DNA of 63,999 nucleotides, filler included, from Dirinaria sp. TL-2023a (lineage: Eukaryota): assembly GCA_051941275.1 (NCBI GenBank). It is 6 parts of 6 records of this genome, joined end to end, with 100 filler letters (N's around TTAATTAATTAA, not from the genome) between each part and the next. Parts side by side here need not be neighbours in the genome. Positions count along the whole stretch, not along the records: positions 10,956 to 21,794 come from JAVEBF010000902.1; positions 21,895 to 32,718 come from JAVEBF010000903.1; 4 more parts are not named here. One strand, 5' to 3'. The notes beneath the pieces were generated by a model. That model did no database searches, was not told the origin of the DNA, and saw only the letters and a list, made by a program, of their open reading frames with translations. A program made the translations under genes and the position numbers. Of the stretch, positions 10,956-23,108 are shown one piece after another. Numbering within the stretch: the stretch's first letter is position 1; every line of letters begins with the position of its first letter.

Positions 10956-13038
10956 AGCGGTCCGAGGAAATAAGTGATGTAGTCGATTACTCGGTTCAAG
11001 GCGGTATGGTACGTAGGGTGATGAGTACAATAGTATGTATGATTACCTATAGCTAGGATTTTCGTTCGTTCGGCCATGCTATTTCTTCGCTGAGAAAAGA
11101 GAATATGGTGCCGGAAGCTGTTCAGGCACGGTTTTTGGACGCAGTTCAGGCGTTGGTCTTTTTCTCTTGTTCTTGGTGGTGATTGTGCGCGGACGGTGCT
11201 GGAAGAGAAGGGAATATAAGAGGTATCTGATAGAGATTTCTGTAGACCTTGGTGGGTAGAGGCAATCAATACCAAGAGGTTGGAACTGGCGGATTGGTTG
11301 GAATACCTTAGAGTTAGCAGTACTAATGTTTGTCTCTCGGATGAGATACTTCGATATGGCCAGACATCGGAAGACCAGATCGCGACACTGTTAGAAATGT
11401 ATAATGCTCGTCAGACCAAGATTTCCATGCATGCCAAAGTGACAGTGCGGACTAGAACAGCAAGTTCAGGTATCAGACCTAAATTGTCAAACTTGGCCAA
11501 GCGGAGTTTTCGCTGTGTACCAAAATTGTTAAACAGGGAGAAGATTGGACGTCCTCCTTCCCCAACACATCTCTGACTAATTCCCAGAAATCCCGGGACC
11601 TCCCGTTTGTAGGCGTTCTGTTAAACACTGCGGAAAACGGTGGCTTTGCTCGTGGGCAAGGTAGACAATGTCCATGATTGGCTTAGCATCTGTTGGCCAG
11701 GGCAACTTGTAGGCTTGCCCTGGCATTTCATCCAGAGACAAGACAGTTCTGGGTAAGTAGCCAGTGTTAAATGTTAATTGCCATCTCAGATCAGCTTTTG
11801 AGCTGAGTGATGGTTGTTGCAGAGAGCAGTACCTTGGGGTCAGTGATCAATTGCGTTGGACCCATCCAGCTCTTCGGTGTAGCGAGTTCAACTGCTTTAA
11901 GATCTTCATAATTCTAATAAAGCTTACGGAGTTGGAACCTCTCTTCCTCGTCTGCCAACGCGGAGCCGCTTCGTGATACGATGCGAGACCTGGCACTTCA
12001 TCCCCCGGCGAGGGATTCATTAACATATAGGCATAGACTTACTAAACAGCAATTGCTTATATCAGTATGTAGAACGATTAGCTTCAATGCTCTTTTGAGC
12101 GATCAAAAAGCTGCCACGTAGGTGAGTAGGTACTCCTGGCGGCATCAGTCGCAAACCACGTTGTCATGCCATTGACTTGAGCACTCCATCTGCAGGAATC
12201 TCTCAGTAGAATCAGTCTGATCTAGTAAAAGTGCTCTGGAACCCTGGAAGTGATAGATCTAGAGGAATGAGGGTTGCCTACTTCGGATGGGCCGGAGCGG
12301 ACGTTCTGTGCAAAGAACTTTTTTGTGTGTTAGATGAATGCAGCTGCTTGTACTCAGCTTCAATGAAGCAGATTTGCATTGTGCTTATAAAGCTCTTCTT
12401 GCGCTCTTTAGGGACCGAATAGGTTGAAATATATCCTGCATGCCTGCGCAAATTCGTGTAGCTTTCACTTCTTTCTTGATAGCCGCGAAAAGTAGTTGGC
12501 ACATCCCTGCTTGAGGATGTAATAAGTTCGAATCTTACCTCCTTCATTATCTACTCGATTAAAAGGATACAGCTAGACCTGGGCTGTATAAAGTCTGTTC
12601 TGCAATTGCTTCATTCTTCTCTTAGAACTGTTCTGAGCGTAGGTTACATTGGCAAGTCATCTAGAAAGCGCTCATAAGGATTGATTCGGACTCACTGAAT
12701 AATTGTTGTCCCGTTTATCGCAGGTCTCTCATCGTCTTCAAAAGACTTGGTGTGGGCATACTATACCTGTCCTTTGCAGTGGTTTCTGTAGTATCGACTC
12801 TATTGATTTCAGGAGATAGAATCCACAAGTAATTCAAGTCCTACATGCTGGAAAGCTTTGAAAGAATTCAGGAAGAAGACCATGCAGGTCAACGAAAATT
12901 GGCAGAAGTGGATCCAGAATTCGACACGTTGAAGTAATGATTCAAGCTATCAAGAAGAGAAAAAGCCACCATCGCTGAAGCCTCCCTTACGGAAACACCT
13001 GCGTAGCACAGGTCCCTTCCAAGGTCAATAGAACGTAA

Positions 13039-13947
13039 TCACGGCAATGCTACGCATTCGATCTCGACCGGCACCCCTTTTGGCAGCTCCTTAACGGCCA
13101 CACAGCTCCGTGCAGGTTTGTGTGTGAAGTGTTTCTCGTACTCGGTGTTCACCTCCGCAAAATTCGTCATCGAAGTCAAAAACACCACGACCTATCCACG
13201 TCAGCAAGAGGGAGCTGCCAGCTACTGAACTGGGCGCCTGTTCGGCGAATCTATCTATCTTTATGAGAACCCAGCAATAGTCACGGGAGTTCTTTCACTC
13301 TTCTCGTTCGCTCATAGACCACTATGACGGAAGATAATAGCAGCGAAATTCGGGGCTTACCTTGACGACTTTTGACAGATCAGACCCGGCAGCATCCAAG
13401 ATGGCGCGCAGGTTCTGGATACACAGGCGAGTTTTCTCCCCGATACTAACATCAGGGAGTGAGCCGTCGGCGTATGCAGGCAGTTGGCCAGACACGTAGA
13501 TTGCATGCGGGGTCTTAAGTGCTTGGCTCTAGTCGCATCGAATCTAAAGGTTAGTAGATGCGACTAATTGTCAAACGAGATGGTCTCAAATAGATGGAAA
13601 AAGAGAGGTAAAATGAATTGGTGTCAAGCCATGGACGATATGGGAGGGTGGAAGAGTGAGAAGAATTGCGGTAGTGCTGAAAGGGGACTTACGTATGGGC
13701 CAGCAACTGAGGTATGATGCCATTAGTTACGTTGGTCTTATGGGCTGGCAGAAATACCTGGGCAAGCCTTTTCCGTGGAAATTGATTGCATATCGGACAT
13801 CGTACGGAAAGTCGGTTGAAGACGGAGCGATCGCACTGCAGGTTTAATGATGTAATGAGGGTAGCGTGGGACCAAAGGGAAGTGTCCCAAGGGCAGAGGA
13901 AACCAAATTGATTGTCTCGACAGGGCAAATGGGGAAATACGAGGCAT
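13039..13947 (-). CDS. RidA/YjgF/UK114 family enamine deaminase (Mmf1/Hmf1-like), 4 exons
   Basis: Spliced protein [36 protein letters not shown]...[33 protein letters not shown]...[26 protein letters not shown]. 14-nt microexon at 13693-13706. In-frame ATGs at 13800 and 13947. Confidence 0.92.
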
Positions 13948-14215
13948 GAACTTCAAGCGTTCACTGTACCTTATTCTTTGATGTTGGGAAAAACAAAAAA
14001 AATTGTGTGGGAAGCGAGAAGCGAAGCGTCATTCTTGGCGTGATCATTGCGGAGGTCGGTCATATTAGGCGTAGCGCCGGCAATCAGGCCCGCTATACCC
14101 GGCGAACGCTCGCCGAGAGCCATACTTGGACGGCCCTTCTAGTGCTTCCTCGACAATCCAATTCGGTGAGCTATAAAATCTGTCCAAACGTCTATATACG
14201 ACCATAGTTCTCGTA

Positions 14216-14962
14216 TCATTGACTTACCCCACCGCCATACCAAGCTCCCCCCCTTGCCCACCGAAACTCAAAGGCTGGCTCAAAATCCTCTCAATTCTCC
14301 TTTCTACTACAAACTTTCGCGACGTAATTTTTCTCCTCTTCGATTCATTTGAGCTGAAACTACACCTGGTTGATTTTTCGGAGGAAGACATGCTTCCTCG
14401 AGTTAAGATAAGAGCGTGCACGGCCCTGTTACGGGATAAGGTAAACACTGTTGTTCGTCAGAGTGGCGGAAACAGTCTAGGCCTAAATAAAGAAAATTGG
14501 GCTAAATCTGAAGTCAAGTGCGTTGTGGGAAGTCTTAAGAAGATAGACAATAATCTGTCGGGAATAAAAGAGGGAGGCAAGAGAGAAAGCGGTTGATTGA
14601 TATTGCCTTCTCGACAGCTAGCTATTTATTTACTTATTTTAATTCAATTCAACAATGGAAAGGGGGTCAAACCTTGTATTTACCAGCATTCTACCAGCAT
14701 TCTTTCTTTTTGCCACAATTAAAAAAGTCCGTAGTCTTGATCTCGAATTGATGATCAGAAGATCTAATTCGATTAGCGCAGATATTTCTGCATTTGATCT
14801 GTCCTGTCTCCTAGCAATAAGTAATCTAAATACTCTTCCGTGCATACTTTCGCTGCTTAAACTCATGCTTCGTGATGGATAGAAAATTTCTACTTGGCTC
14901 GCATTGAACATTCTGTAAATAATTTCAATCTTTCTGATGCAAAGATCGCTCTTGAACAACAT
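14216..14962 (-). pseudogene. Hypermutated (RIP-like) pseudogene, possibly the C-terminal half of an HXXXD/BAHD-type acyltransferase
   Basis: One reading frame of ~249 codons with no frameshift but ~9 internal stops at positions derivable from TGG or CAR/CGA. ALDFRFSP could derive from ALDFGFGP by G>A changes; followed by SVYLIP*QG. Confidence 0.45.
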
Positions 14963-15197
14963 CCGAGCAGCTTATTAGTCTCGTAGATTAGGTTGTGAGA
15001 TTATTATGATATTGCGCGAGGAACAGTCCGCGATTGCGCGCACCAGATAGGTAGAAACAAATGATAAAGCTGTCGAGATATTCCCTGGATAGTGATCCCA
15101 TTCCTTTTGAAGGGCCGTGTCCTTCTAAAACACCTTCGCTTAAACCAAAATTCGTCCATGATTCATGGCATCAAAATTCTCTCCATACTTCTTGTGT

Positions 15198-17450
15198 TTA
15201 CGGACCTCCAAGGTTCCCACTGTTTACCCTTTCACTGATGAATCTCGGTTTGCCAGAAGCATCGTCGAGAATATACCTTACCTTAGCCATCTTGGCTTCA
15301 TCGTCCAAGTTATCGAACTCGTGAGTCGGATGGTGTTCCAGGGCTGCGACGAAAAGCTCCACCGTCGAGTGTTCATGTCGGATGCGTAGCGCTAAAGCTA
15401 AGCCTAAGCGGGCGAGCACGCAGAGACAGCCGAGTATGGATACCACTACACCGAGCTTCGGGGTGCGGTCGCTAAGTCCATATGCCCAGACACGGAGCGT
15501 GGCCCATTTCTTGAACACAGGCTGGGCCTGGTTGAGCGATTTGGACGTGAATGGGGTTGTGTCATTGGTATAGTCGTAGTCGATCAGCGAGAGGCTTTGA
15601 GTTATGCTGTAAATGTGGAGGAAGGCAAATTCCTCAGTATCCTCGGGAATCGGATCATCACCGAAGCTGGTGGTGAGGTCGTAGTTACTTCCCACCACGC
15701 GTGCCATCTCTCTCCCAATAAGACGACTAGAGTCGACTGTCCCATTATTCGCGACTGACCATGCCGCCAATACCCAATCCGGGTTGACTGCTAGGGGTGT
15801 CGCGTTGAAGTGCTTGTCATCTTCTGTAGGAAGTCCATTCATATTTGCCAGGTGCAGTGGGTTGGCGGTTGCGGATGTGTCGACGGAGTAGGTTGGGAAG
15901 CTGCTGTAGACGATGGCGTCGCAGTAAAGACGTATGTCCACGAATTGACCAACCGCATACAGAGGACTGAAATATTCCGTCACAAGCGGATTGACAGAGG
16001 TATTTCTTAGCTCAGGATCTAGGGCAGTATCGAAGATCTGGTCCCAGTCACAAGGCGCCGAATCATCGTCAAGGCATTTCTCGATTCCGGAACCGAAATC
16101 CGTTGTCTGGTTGAAGAATGTAGCCTTGTCAGATGTGTAGACCCAGACAAGGGACTCGTTGCTGGCCGAAGTCGCGTCACCGAGGTAGAATTGCGCGACC
16201 TCGTTGGAGCCACCCCAGCCTTGTCCAACCTTATAGCATTTGGTATAGCTGCTATTTTCACTCACTGTGTAATTATCGAAACATCGAACCTGCTTTTCAG
16301 GACCAAGTATTTTGGTTGTAATGTTTCCCAAGGCACAGTTAGCCTGCGCACCGACACTGGGCCCCTCTCGCTGAAGGATAGTCTCTAAGGAGTTATTATA
16401 GGCAGGGCGCTTTCCGCCTGTGTAGGACTTGGTCAAATTACTTTCGCTGTATTCACCTGGAAGGACCAGATTGCCAAGGTCAAAGAGGTCCGCTGAAAGG
16501 TCACGGAGAACTTGGCGAGTGGGCATCCAGAATAGCTCTCCCGAGCTAGTCAGATTTGCAGTGAAGCTCACAGAGCCTTCAGGGGAGGTAGAGAAAGAAA
16601 TCTCGCCGTTGGTCCCGTAGGCCTGGGCTAACATTGCTTCCACTTGAGCGGCCCAGCTATCCATGCTTGGACCGTACACAGCCTGAGTGCATGTGTAATT
16701 TCGCCCCGAGAGTTGCGTCACATTGCAACCCGTGAGCGCAGCGGCCGATGGAGTATCAAAGGCGTTGTAAGAGTTGAATCTCTGGGTGGGCTCCTGCTTG
16801 GTATCCATCCATCGCAACGTGGGCAGGACCAGGACCGCAGTACCAGGGCCCATCAGATTCGTCAAGATTGTCAGGAACGCGGCCAGAGTAGCGAACAGAT
16901 AGAGTTTCCAGGTCCCCGAGGGTCTATGCGCGGGCAATAGATTACCATGGGGAAGTGGAGAAGTCCACATTAATGGATTCACCAGGTTGCGGATATCACC
17001 AAACTCGAGGTGTGTGAACAGATAGCCGATGGGGAGTCCTCCACGCTGCTTAGCCAGGCATAATGCGACATCATAGAGCAGCGCAGTCGCGATGAACATG
17101 AACCACACCTCCAAAGCTTTGGCAACAAACTGCAGAGCTCCCAAAATGTTATGGTCTTCCTTATCCAGCCTGTTTGCCCTGGCGATCGCGTTGGATGCAT
17201 CACCGTACGAGTCGGCATTGCACTTCCCTACAGGGCACCAGACGCTGGCGCCAATGATATGCTGTTTAAAGTTGAGGACGAGTAATAGGATAATCGGTAC
17301 GAGCCACAATATACCAAAGACGTGGGATAGAACGTGCACAGAAAGAGGCCATCTGCGCCTGTTCTTGGTGGGGCGAGGCGACTCCGCTACGGAAGTCGTG
17401 TAAGTTTGCACTTCTGGTTTGCCGGAGACCGGATGATAAGCAGTATCCAT
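15198..17450 (-). CDS. Uncharacterised multi-pass membrane glycoprotein (750 aa)
   Basis: Intronless ORF. Three N-terminal hydrophobic helices (including ALQFVAKALEVW...GGLPIGYL), a long Cys- and N-x-S/T-rich lumenal region, and a C-terminal TM helix. Confidence 0.85.
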   Translation of the reverse strand: MDTAYHPVSGKPEVQTYTTSVAESPRPTKNRRRWPLSVHVLSHVFGILWLVPIILLLVLNFKQHIIGASVWCPVGKCNADSYGDASNAIARANRLDKEDHNILGALQFVAKALEVWFMFIATALLYDVALCLAKQRGGLPIGYLFTHLEFGDIRNLVNPLMWTSPLPHGNLLPAHRPSGTWKLYLFATLAAFLTILTNLMGPGTAVLVLPTLRWMDTKQEPTQRFNSYNAFDTPSAAALTGCNVTQLSGRNYTCTQAVYGPSMDSWAAQVEAMLAQAYGTNGEISFSTSPEGSVSFTANLTSSGELFWMPTRQVLRDLSADLFDLGNLVLPGEYSESNLTKSYTGGKRPAYNNSLETILQREGPSVGAQANCALGNITTKILGPEKQVRCFDNYTVSENSSYTKCYKVGQGWGGSNEVAQFYLGDATSASNESLVWVYTSDKATFFNQTTDFGSGIEKCLDDDSAPCDWDQIFDTALDPELRNTSVNPLVTEYFSPLYAVGQFVDIRLYCDAIVYSSFPTYSVDTSATANPLHLANMNGLPTEDDKHFNATPLAVNPDWVLAAWSVANNGTVDSSRLIGREMARVVGSNYDLTTSFGDDPIPEDTEEFAFLHIYSITQSLSLIDYDYTNDTTPFTSKSLNQAQPVFKKWATLRVWAYGLSDRTPKLGVVVSILGCLCVLARLGLALALRIRHEHSTVELFVAALEHHPTHEFDNLDDEAKMAKVRYILDDASGKPRFISERVNSGNLGGP

Positions 17451-19397
17451 TGCCAGGGATGCCGATGGAAGGGATGGGCGACGCTACGCTCGTCTCCAAT
17501 GCGGTTCAAAAAAGAGTGAAATAGGAGCAAGTAGCGATGTTGAGAAAATGAAATGATGGCAGCGAGCGTGGAGGGGCACCAACATGGGGCGAAAGGACGA
17601 GGAAGGAGGGTGGGAGAGGAGGAAATGATATAAGCAGTACTTGATTGAGTATAATCCCACACCTCTCTGCCTTTAACGTATTATTAATATCGGGGCTTGC
17701 TTTCGGCACAAGAATCACTTCCATTGTGCATGCAGAGCTCAGCCTCGACGGCTGAAACGTTGGTGTGATTGGCTTTGGGGTGATGGTTTGGGGATGAGGC
17801 AAGGATGCTAGCTCATGCAAGGTCTCCCGCTTCGGGCGGAAGCTTCTTACATTACCTATCCGAGAAAGCTCCAGGCTGTGAAGGTTCGGCGTTGGCGATT
17901 CTTCATACTCTGTATCGAACATTATTATTTGCGCGAAAATCCGATTCAATTCATGCGCACCAACGTTGCTACCATTGGCCTAACACCATGCGAGCGAGCA
18001 TTTGAAAAGTTGGAAATTCTAATAGCATTATTATTGATATTCGGGAGAGGGTGTTGGACAGGGGAAAATGTAGCCAGCACCAACGAACCTACCTTAAAGT
18101 ATGTACCTACCTTAGCGGAGAATGGTTTGGAGGGTTGGAGGGAATGGATCAATGAAGGCTGTTCAGCTGGACGCGCTACTGCTGCAGACCGCGGACTGGA
18201 CCACGCTCGGATCCCTGCATCGGCCCATCAGCTAATCAGCTTTCCCTCATCCGGATAATGGTATCCCCTCTAAGGATCTGCCAAGCCGTGTCTTCGCTTG
18301 TAGAAGTCCGTGGCTTGGCATCACTCAAACTGAATAATAACAAAGTAACTCAATAATAATAATTATCCACCACGTCAAAAGGCCCCGAAGCAACTGCCGA
18401 TGGGCCGATAACTTGATCATTATTATTGCCCTAGCGTGGAATCTTCACCTCCATAGTTTCAAGAGCCGCATAGCTTCAAAAGCTCAAGGGAGCTTCCATA
18501 GCCTGCCTCACTGCCCAGTTGTGGCCATGAACGGAATTGATTGAACTCTATTGTTACGTGGGCTCATGAGATAACACTGCAACACCCCGATCCTCCGACT
18601 AGGAGAAGTGTGACCGCTCGCGAGCTGTCCAGCAGAACGTGGCTCTTCTATCGCAACGCCCCATCGTACGACACATACGAGTCGATTGTCGCAATACAGT
18701 AGAAGTAGTGTGGTGTCTATCGAGGACTTGTAGATGTGCCTCCGCCAAGCCCGCTAACCGGCTGATAAGCAGCCACCCAAAAGTACGTTACCTTAAGAGG
18801 ACGGTAGTATGTATGCTCAATGTCGACTAATAAAAGATGCGTGTTACTTCGACGTGGATGCAGGCAATGATGCTCGGCTGGCTGCCTTCCTCGCACGTGG
18901 ATATAAGGTAGGGTGCTTACAGTGCGGCGCCTTAAAGTATGTTTGAACCCACGGTAGAAGGTAAATTAAGGCTAATAGTGTGGGGATATCTTATGCCTTG
19001 AGACTTCCATGGAAAGGTGCACATGGAAACCACACAGACAGTCAAACGATGAACGACAAAAGCGAAAGCTGTCTGTCTTGGCACACCTCACGCCTATCCG
19101 GAAGGCCAAGGAGAGAGCTCTATTATTCAATCAAGCTATTACGCCGAATGATAAGAAGTCGTCAAAAACATTGCGCGATGCATATTTAACTTCATTCGCG
19201 GATAATAAGCGGATAATAATGCCTCAGCGTTCATTAGAGGATAAGATAAGTACAAACCTGCGATGCGCACACTCTCAACCGCTGCGGCAAGACTCTTGGT
19301 CTTTGCGACATGGGAGAAGATGTCATAAGCGCGTCTCCAGTGCAGTCGACCTTTGCTATACTCACATTCCTTCCACTCTAAATACATATCCCCAGCA

Positions 19398-20119
19398 ATG
19401 CTACAACCTATACAGCTATATATCTTCTGTTTCTTGCTTGGTCTCACGCTAGCCGCCCCTCCGTCCATTGAAGCAATTTCTCTCGCTCAATCTAATATAT
19501 CCAGGATTGGGGTCGAATTAGTCTGTGTCCCCAGCTTCCAGCCATGGCAAGGCACATTGGGCTCCGGTGACTGCTTAACGGCACGGAACACTCTGACCAC
19601 CGAGTTCGCCTCAATTCGCACTTTCTTGTATGGATTCTACACTGAATCCGGTGGCTTCGTCCCGCCCCCAGGTCCACACCAAATGAACTGGGAACTGCCT
19701 TTGACGCGGACTTTCGGTACGAGAGATACTTCCAATCCATCGGTGTTGAAAAGGTTTGATGGCCATTTACGGATGATGATGCTGTAGGAACCTGCACTGT
19801 GCAATTCCGCATGTTTCGAGACTTCGAGCCCCTAGAAATTCCAGCCAAGCACGGCAGGTGGGTCCTGCCCAGCGTGCTACCGCCGGCGGGCATCAGCACC
19901 TGGGGAAGCTTGCTGAGCGATGTGCTCACAATCGCAGACGAGTGTGGTGGAAGTCCAGGCTGGACCAACAATGGCTTTGCCGCTGTGGAAGCCCACAATT
20001 CGGCCCCGATTGGAGTGTTCATTTGGCCTGCGGACAGTGAAATCGCGGAGAAGTACCGGCAAAGCTTTCCACCTCCTGGAATGCCGACTGTGAATTCGAG
20101 TACTGTGGGTCTGCAATAG
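19398..20119 (+). CDS. Small secreted cysteine-containing effector-like protein
   Basis: Signal peptide MLQPIQLYIFCFLLGLTLA. Intron 19717-19787 joins LPLTRTFG to TCTVQF. Pattern C...DCxxA...LP...GTC...TW...EC. Confidence 0.8.
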
Positions 20120-20718
20120 CTATAACGGCTTGCATGTATGATTGCATTACTTGCGTCCAGAGGGTGTTGTATGGTGGGTATGTGGGTCGTCTCTTTGAAA
20201 TGGACTTGATATGTATGCGACACCTACATTCCTCTGCTCTGATTATTCGCATGCGGTATCGTTGATTTGAACGTCTATATCAAACTGGACTTTCTTCCTT
20301 TTATTTTCTACGCTCTAAATTTCAATTCTACATTTTTAGAAATATTTTCAAGAACATCGCCTATGCGGTCTGGAGCGCCCCTTGCGGGAAAGTAGAGAGA
20401 GAGAAGAATGCCATTGTCCTCAAACTCAGCCTTCGAGATTCCATTGTCAAAATATGTACGATGATTTGTCCACTAGCACAAAAAATGGCTTTGTCTCCTA
20501 CATACTCCACAAAGATACCCGGGCTTCTCAAAGGAACAAGCATCACGCATAAAAATCCCATTTTTGCAATTCCAAATTCCCTCCTCTTCCCTCAGACTTC
20601 GTCTCCAAATCTAACAGCTCTCCTACAAGCCAAAGCTCTTAACAAGCCTCTATATAGCATCCTCACTCAAACCAAACAATCTCTAATCCATAGCTCTCAA
20701 TCTTAAAAATCAGCAATA

Positions 20719-21794
20719 ATGGCCCATCGCCGTCCGTCTTCTCCGGTGGTACATCAACAAGAAAACACAGGAATCAACCCCCTAGCATCTGAGTACCATT
20801 TTCAGGAGCCTGGCGTCGACGAAGAGCAGCCTACCGAGCCCTTTTTCATCAACGGACTCCCTCAACCTTCTGCAAACCTCGAAGATGATATTGATCAATA
20901 CATTCATCATGACGCAATGCACATCGAAGGACAAATCCAACGATCAGCAACTTTTCTCCAAGAAACATTGCCGTCTCTCGAAGGCACAACTTTCGAATCC
21001 CTGTTCGCGTCCAACGCAGCCAGCATCGCCCAATTCCCGCGCGAAGAATTCCAATCCTTCCATACCACCACACAAGACCAGGAAGGGCCGATCCAGGATT
21101 TTGAGCTCTCAGACTTCGACGACAACGCCGACGGACCGGAGGAGTACTTCCGTAGCCCGGTTCTGCCAGCAACAACTAACGCATCTCAACTCTCTCCGTC
21201 GCATCAGAGCATCGATGATTTCATCGAATTCATGCACCAGGAAGCGATGCGTGTCGAAGAGCAACTAGGCCCCCAATCAAATCCACCCTACAGCACACAT
21301 TACACAGCCGCGACCGAACATTTCGAGCGCGAAGCCATGCAATACCTTCAGACTATCCAGATGACAGATCACTTCCCAAACCTTGAGCTCGGTTTGGATG
21401 TCGAGGACGGCGCCGACGAACCGGAAGAATACTTCCGCAGCCCAGTTCTACCATCCCAAGCTGCCAACCTTGACAACCTCCCTTCCCTCAATCATCCTGG
21501 CACAGCCCCCACGCCAGCATCCTTCCCTCACACTATTAACGAACCAGAACCCCCCTCCTTCCCCCCATCTTCTTCATGGTATCTACCCTCCTACGTCCCC
21601 TCCCCAGCTGCCCTGCAGCAGATCTACCCGCAAAACACGGAGGAGCTGCGCGCTCTCCACACGCGTATCTTCCTCCAACAAAGGGAACAGCGCGAGCGAG
21701 ATGCGATAAATGCGCTTTCTCCGGCGCCTTCGGCGGTTGATGATGGGGCGGATGAGGGCGCAGAATTTTTTCGTGGCGGGGAGGAGATGGAGAT
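20719..21794 (+). CDS. Acidic low-complexity orphan protein with internal repeats; 3' end truncated
   Basis: Long open frame. DDxADxPEEYFRSPVLP twice, plus a third degenerate copy DDGADEGAEFFR. Confidence 0.65.
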
Positions 21795-21894
21795 NNNNNN
21801 NNNNNNNNNNNNNNNNNNNNNNNNNNNNNNNNNNNNNNTTAATTAATTAANNNNNNNNNNNNNNNNNNNNNNNNNNNNNNNNNNNNNNNNNNNN
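21795..21894. other. Artificial contig linker
   Basis: N44-TTAATTAATTAA-N44. Confidence 0.99.
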
Positions 21895-22230
21895 CTCCCC
21901 ACCCTTCCCCAAACCATCATCGATCTTCTCCACGCTCTGCAGACATTTCCGGTATGATGCCTCGGCACTTCCCCCCGCAGACAGGATTTTGGTGGTGAGG
22001 AAGACTTCGGAGCGGGGAAGCCCGCTTTGCCGCACCGCTTCGCCCATCTCGCGCTCGTTGGCGTAGAATTGCGCGGAGTCGATGTGGCGGTAGCCCGTTT
22101 GGAGCGCGTGCAGGCATGAGGCCGTGCATACGGAGGGAGAGGAGAGGTAGATCCCGAAACCGAGCTGGGGGATTTTGACGGATGTGTTTGGGAGATTGAG
22201 GGTGCTTGTTAGGGAGAGTTTGGAGGCCAT
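21895..22230 (-). CDS. Aldo-keto reductase, 5' part only
   Basis: IPQLGFGIY...GYRHIDSAQFYANEREMGEAVRQSGLPRSEVFLTTKI carries the catalytic D, Y and K. Confidence 0.92.
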
Positions 22231-23108
22231 TGTTGAGGTTGTACGGTCGAGCTTTCAGAGAATGAAGGAGGGACAATTAATTATAGATTTCTTGAAGTAG
22301 AGAGATCTGAGATAGAAAATTAAGCTGGCAGAAATGCCTGCGCCGCATACTTGCGACGGACTAAGAATTGCATCATCTTGTGTTCGCGGATTTGAATTTT
22401 GGCCATGATGTCATGTGTTGATTTTCTTCAATAACCATATATCAACCCTAAATTGTAATAATGTGCCCCTGAGTTTCAAAAAGGGGCAATCATGCACGAG
22501 GTACTTGCAACTCGCTGGAGAGATGAGAGCCTTAACTACTGCGGTGCTTACCATCGAACGTTCGTTTTCTATTTTCTCACGATGAAGATATTTGCACTGA
22601 GTGTGTAATGAAGTCAGAGCTGCCTCATATCTGTACGAAATGTGAATGTCACAGCTTCGAGTGAGAGCATGCATCATACGCCTTTGTTGGCGAGAGGTAC
22701 TGGGACCGCCACAAAGTGCACCTTCATCTTAGGCTCTGAGTTTATAGTCCTCAGTTCCGGATGGATGCTCCTTACCATGCTCAAACGATCTCACGTGTGA
22801 CTCCAGCTAAAATGAACAAGCCAGTAAGCTGAGCGCAGTTTTCACCACGATTCAAACTCAGGAAGTATGTCTACGTAAAGCCATTGTACCAAATCTCAAT
22901 GCAGAACTTGAATTCAAAGTGCTTTTGTATCCTCTATCTACGTCCGTCTAATGTGCATTTTGTTTGAAAAGTAAAACTTTTGGTCATGCCATAGCATGGT
23001 GTGGTGCTGTAACTGATACTAGAATCGCTTCGCGGCATTGCAGCGCGATCAAATATCGCGCACCACACGGAAATGGCAATGTATGCTTCGAATCATTTAC
23101 GTGGATAA

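Noticed and set aside
11300..12600. Possible minus-strand gene remnant
   Set aside because: Short protein-like fragments and splice-like signals, but no coherent model or recognisable family.
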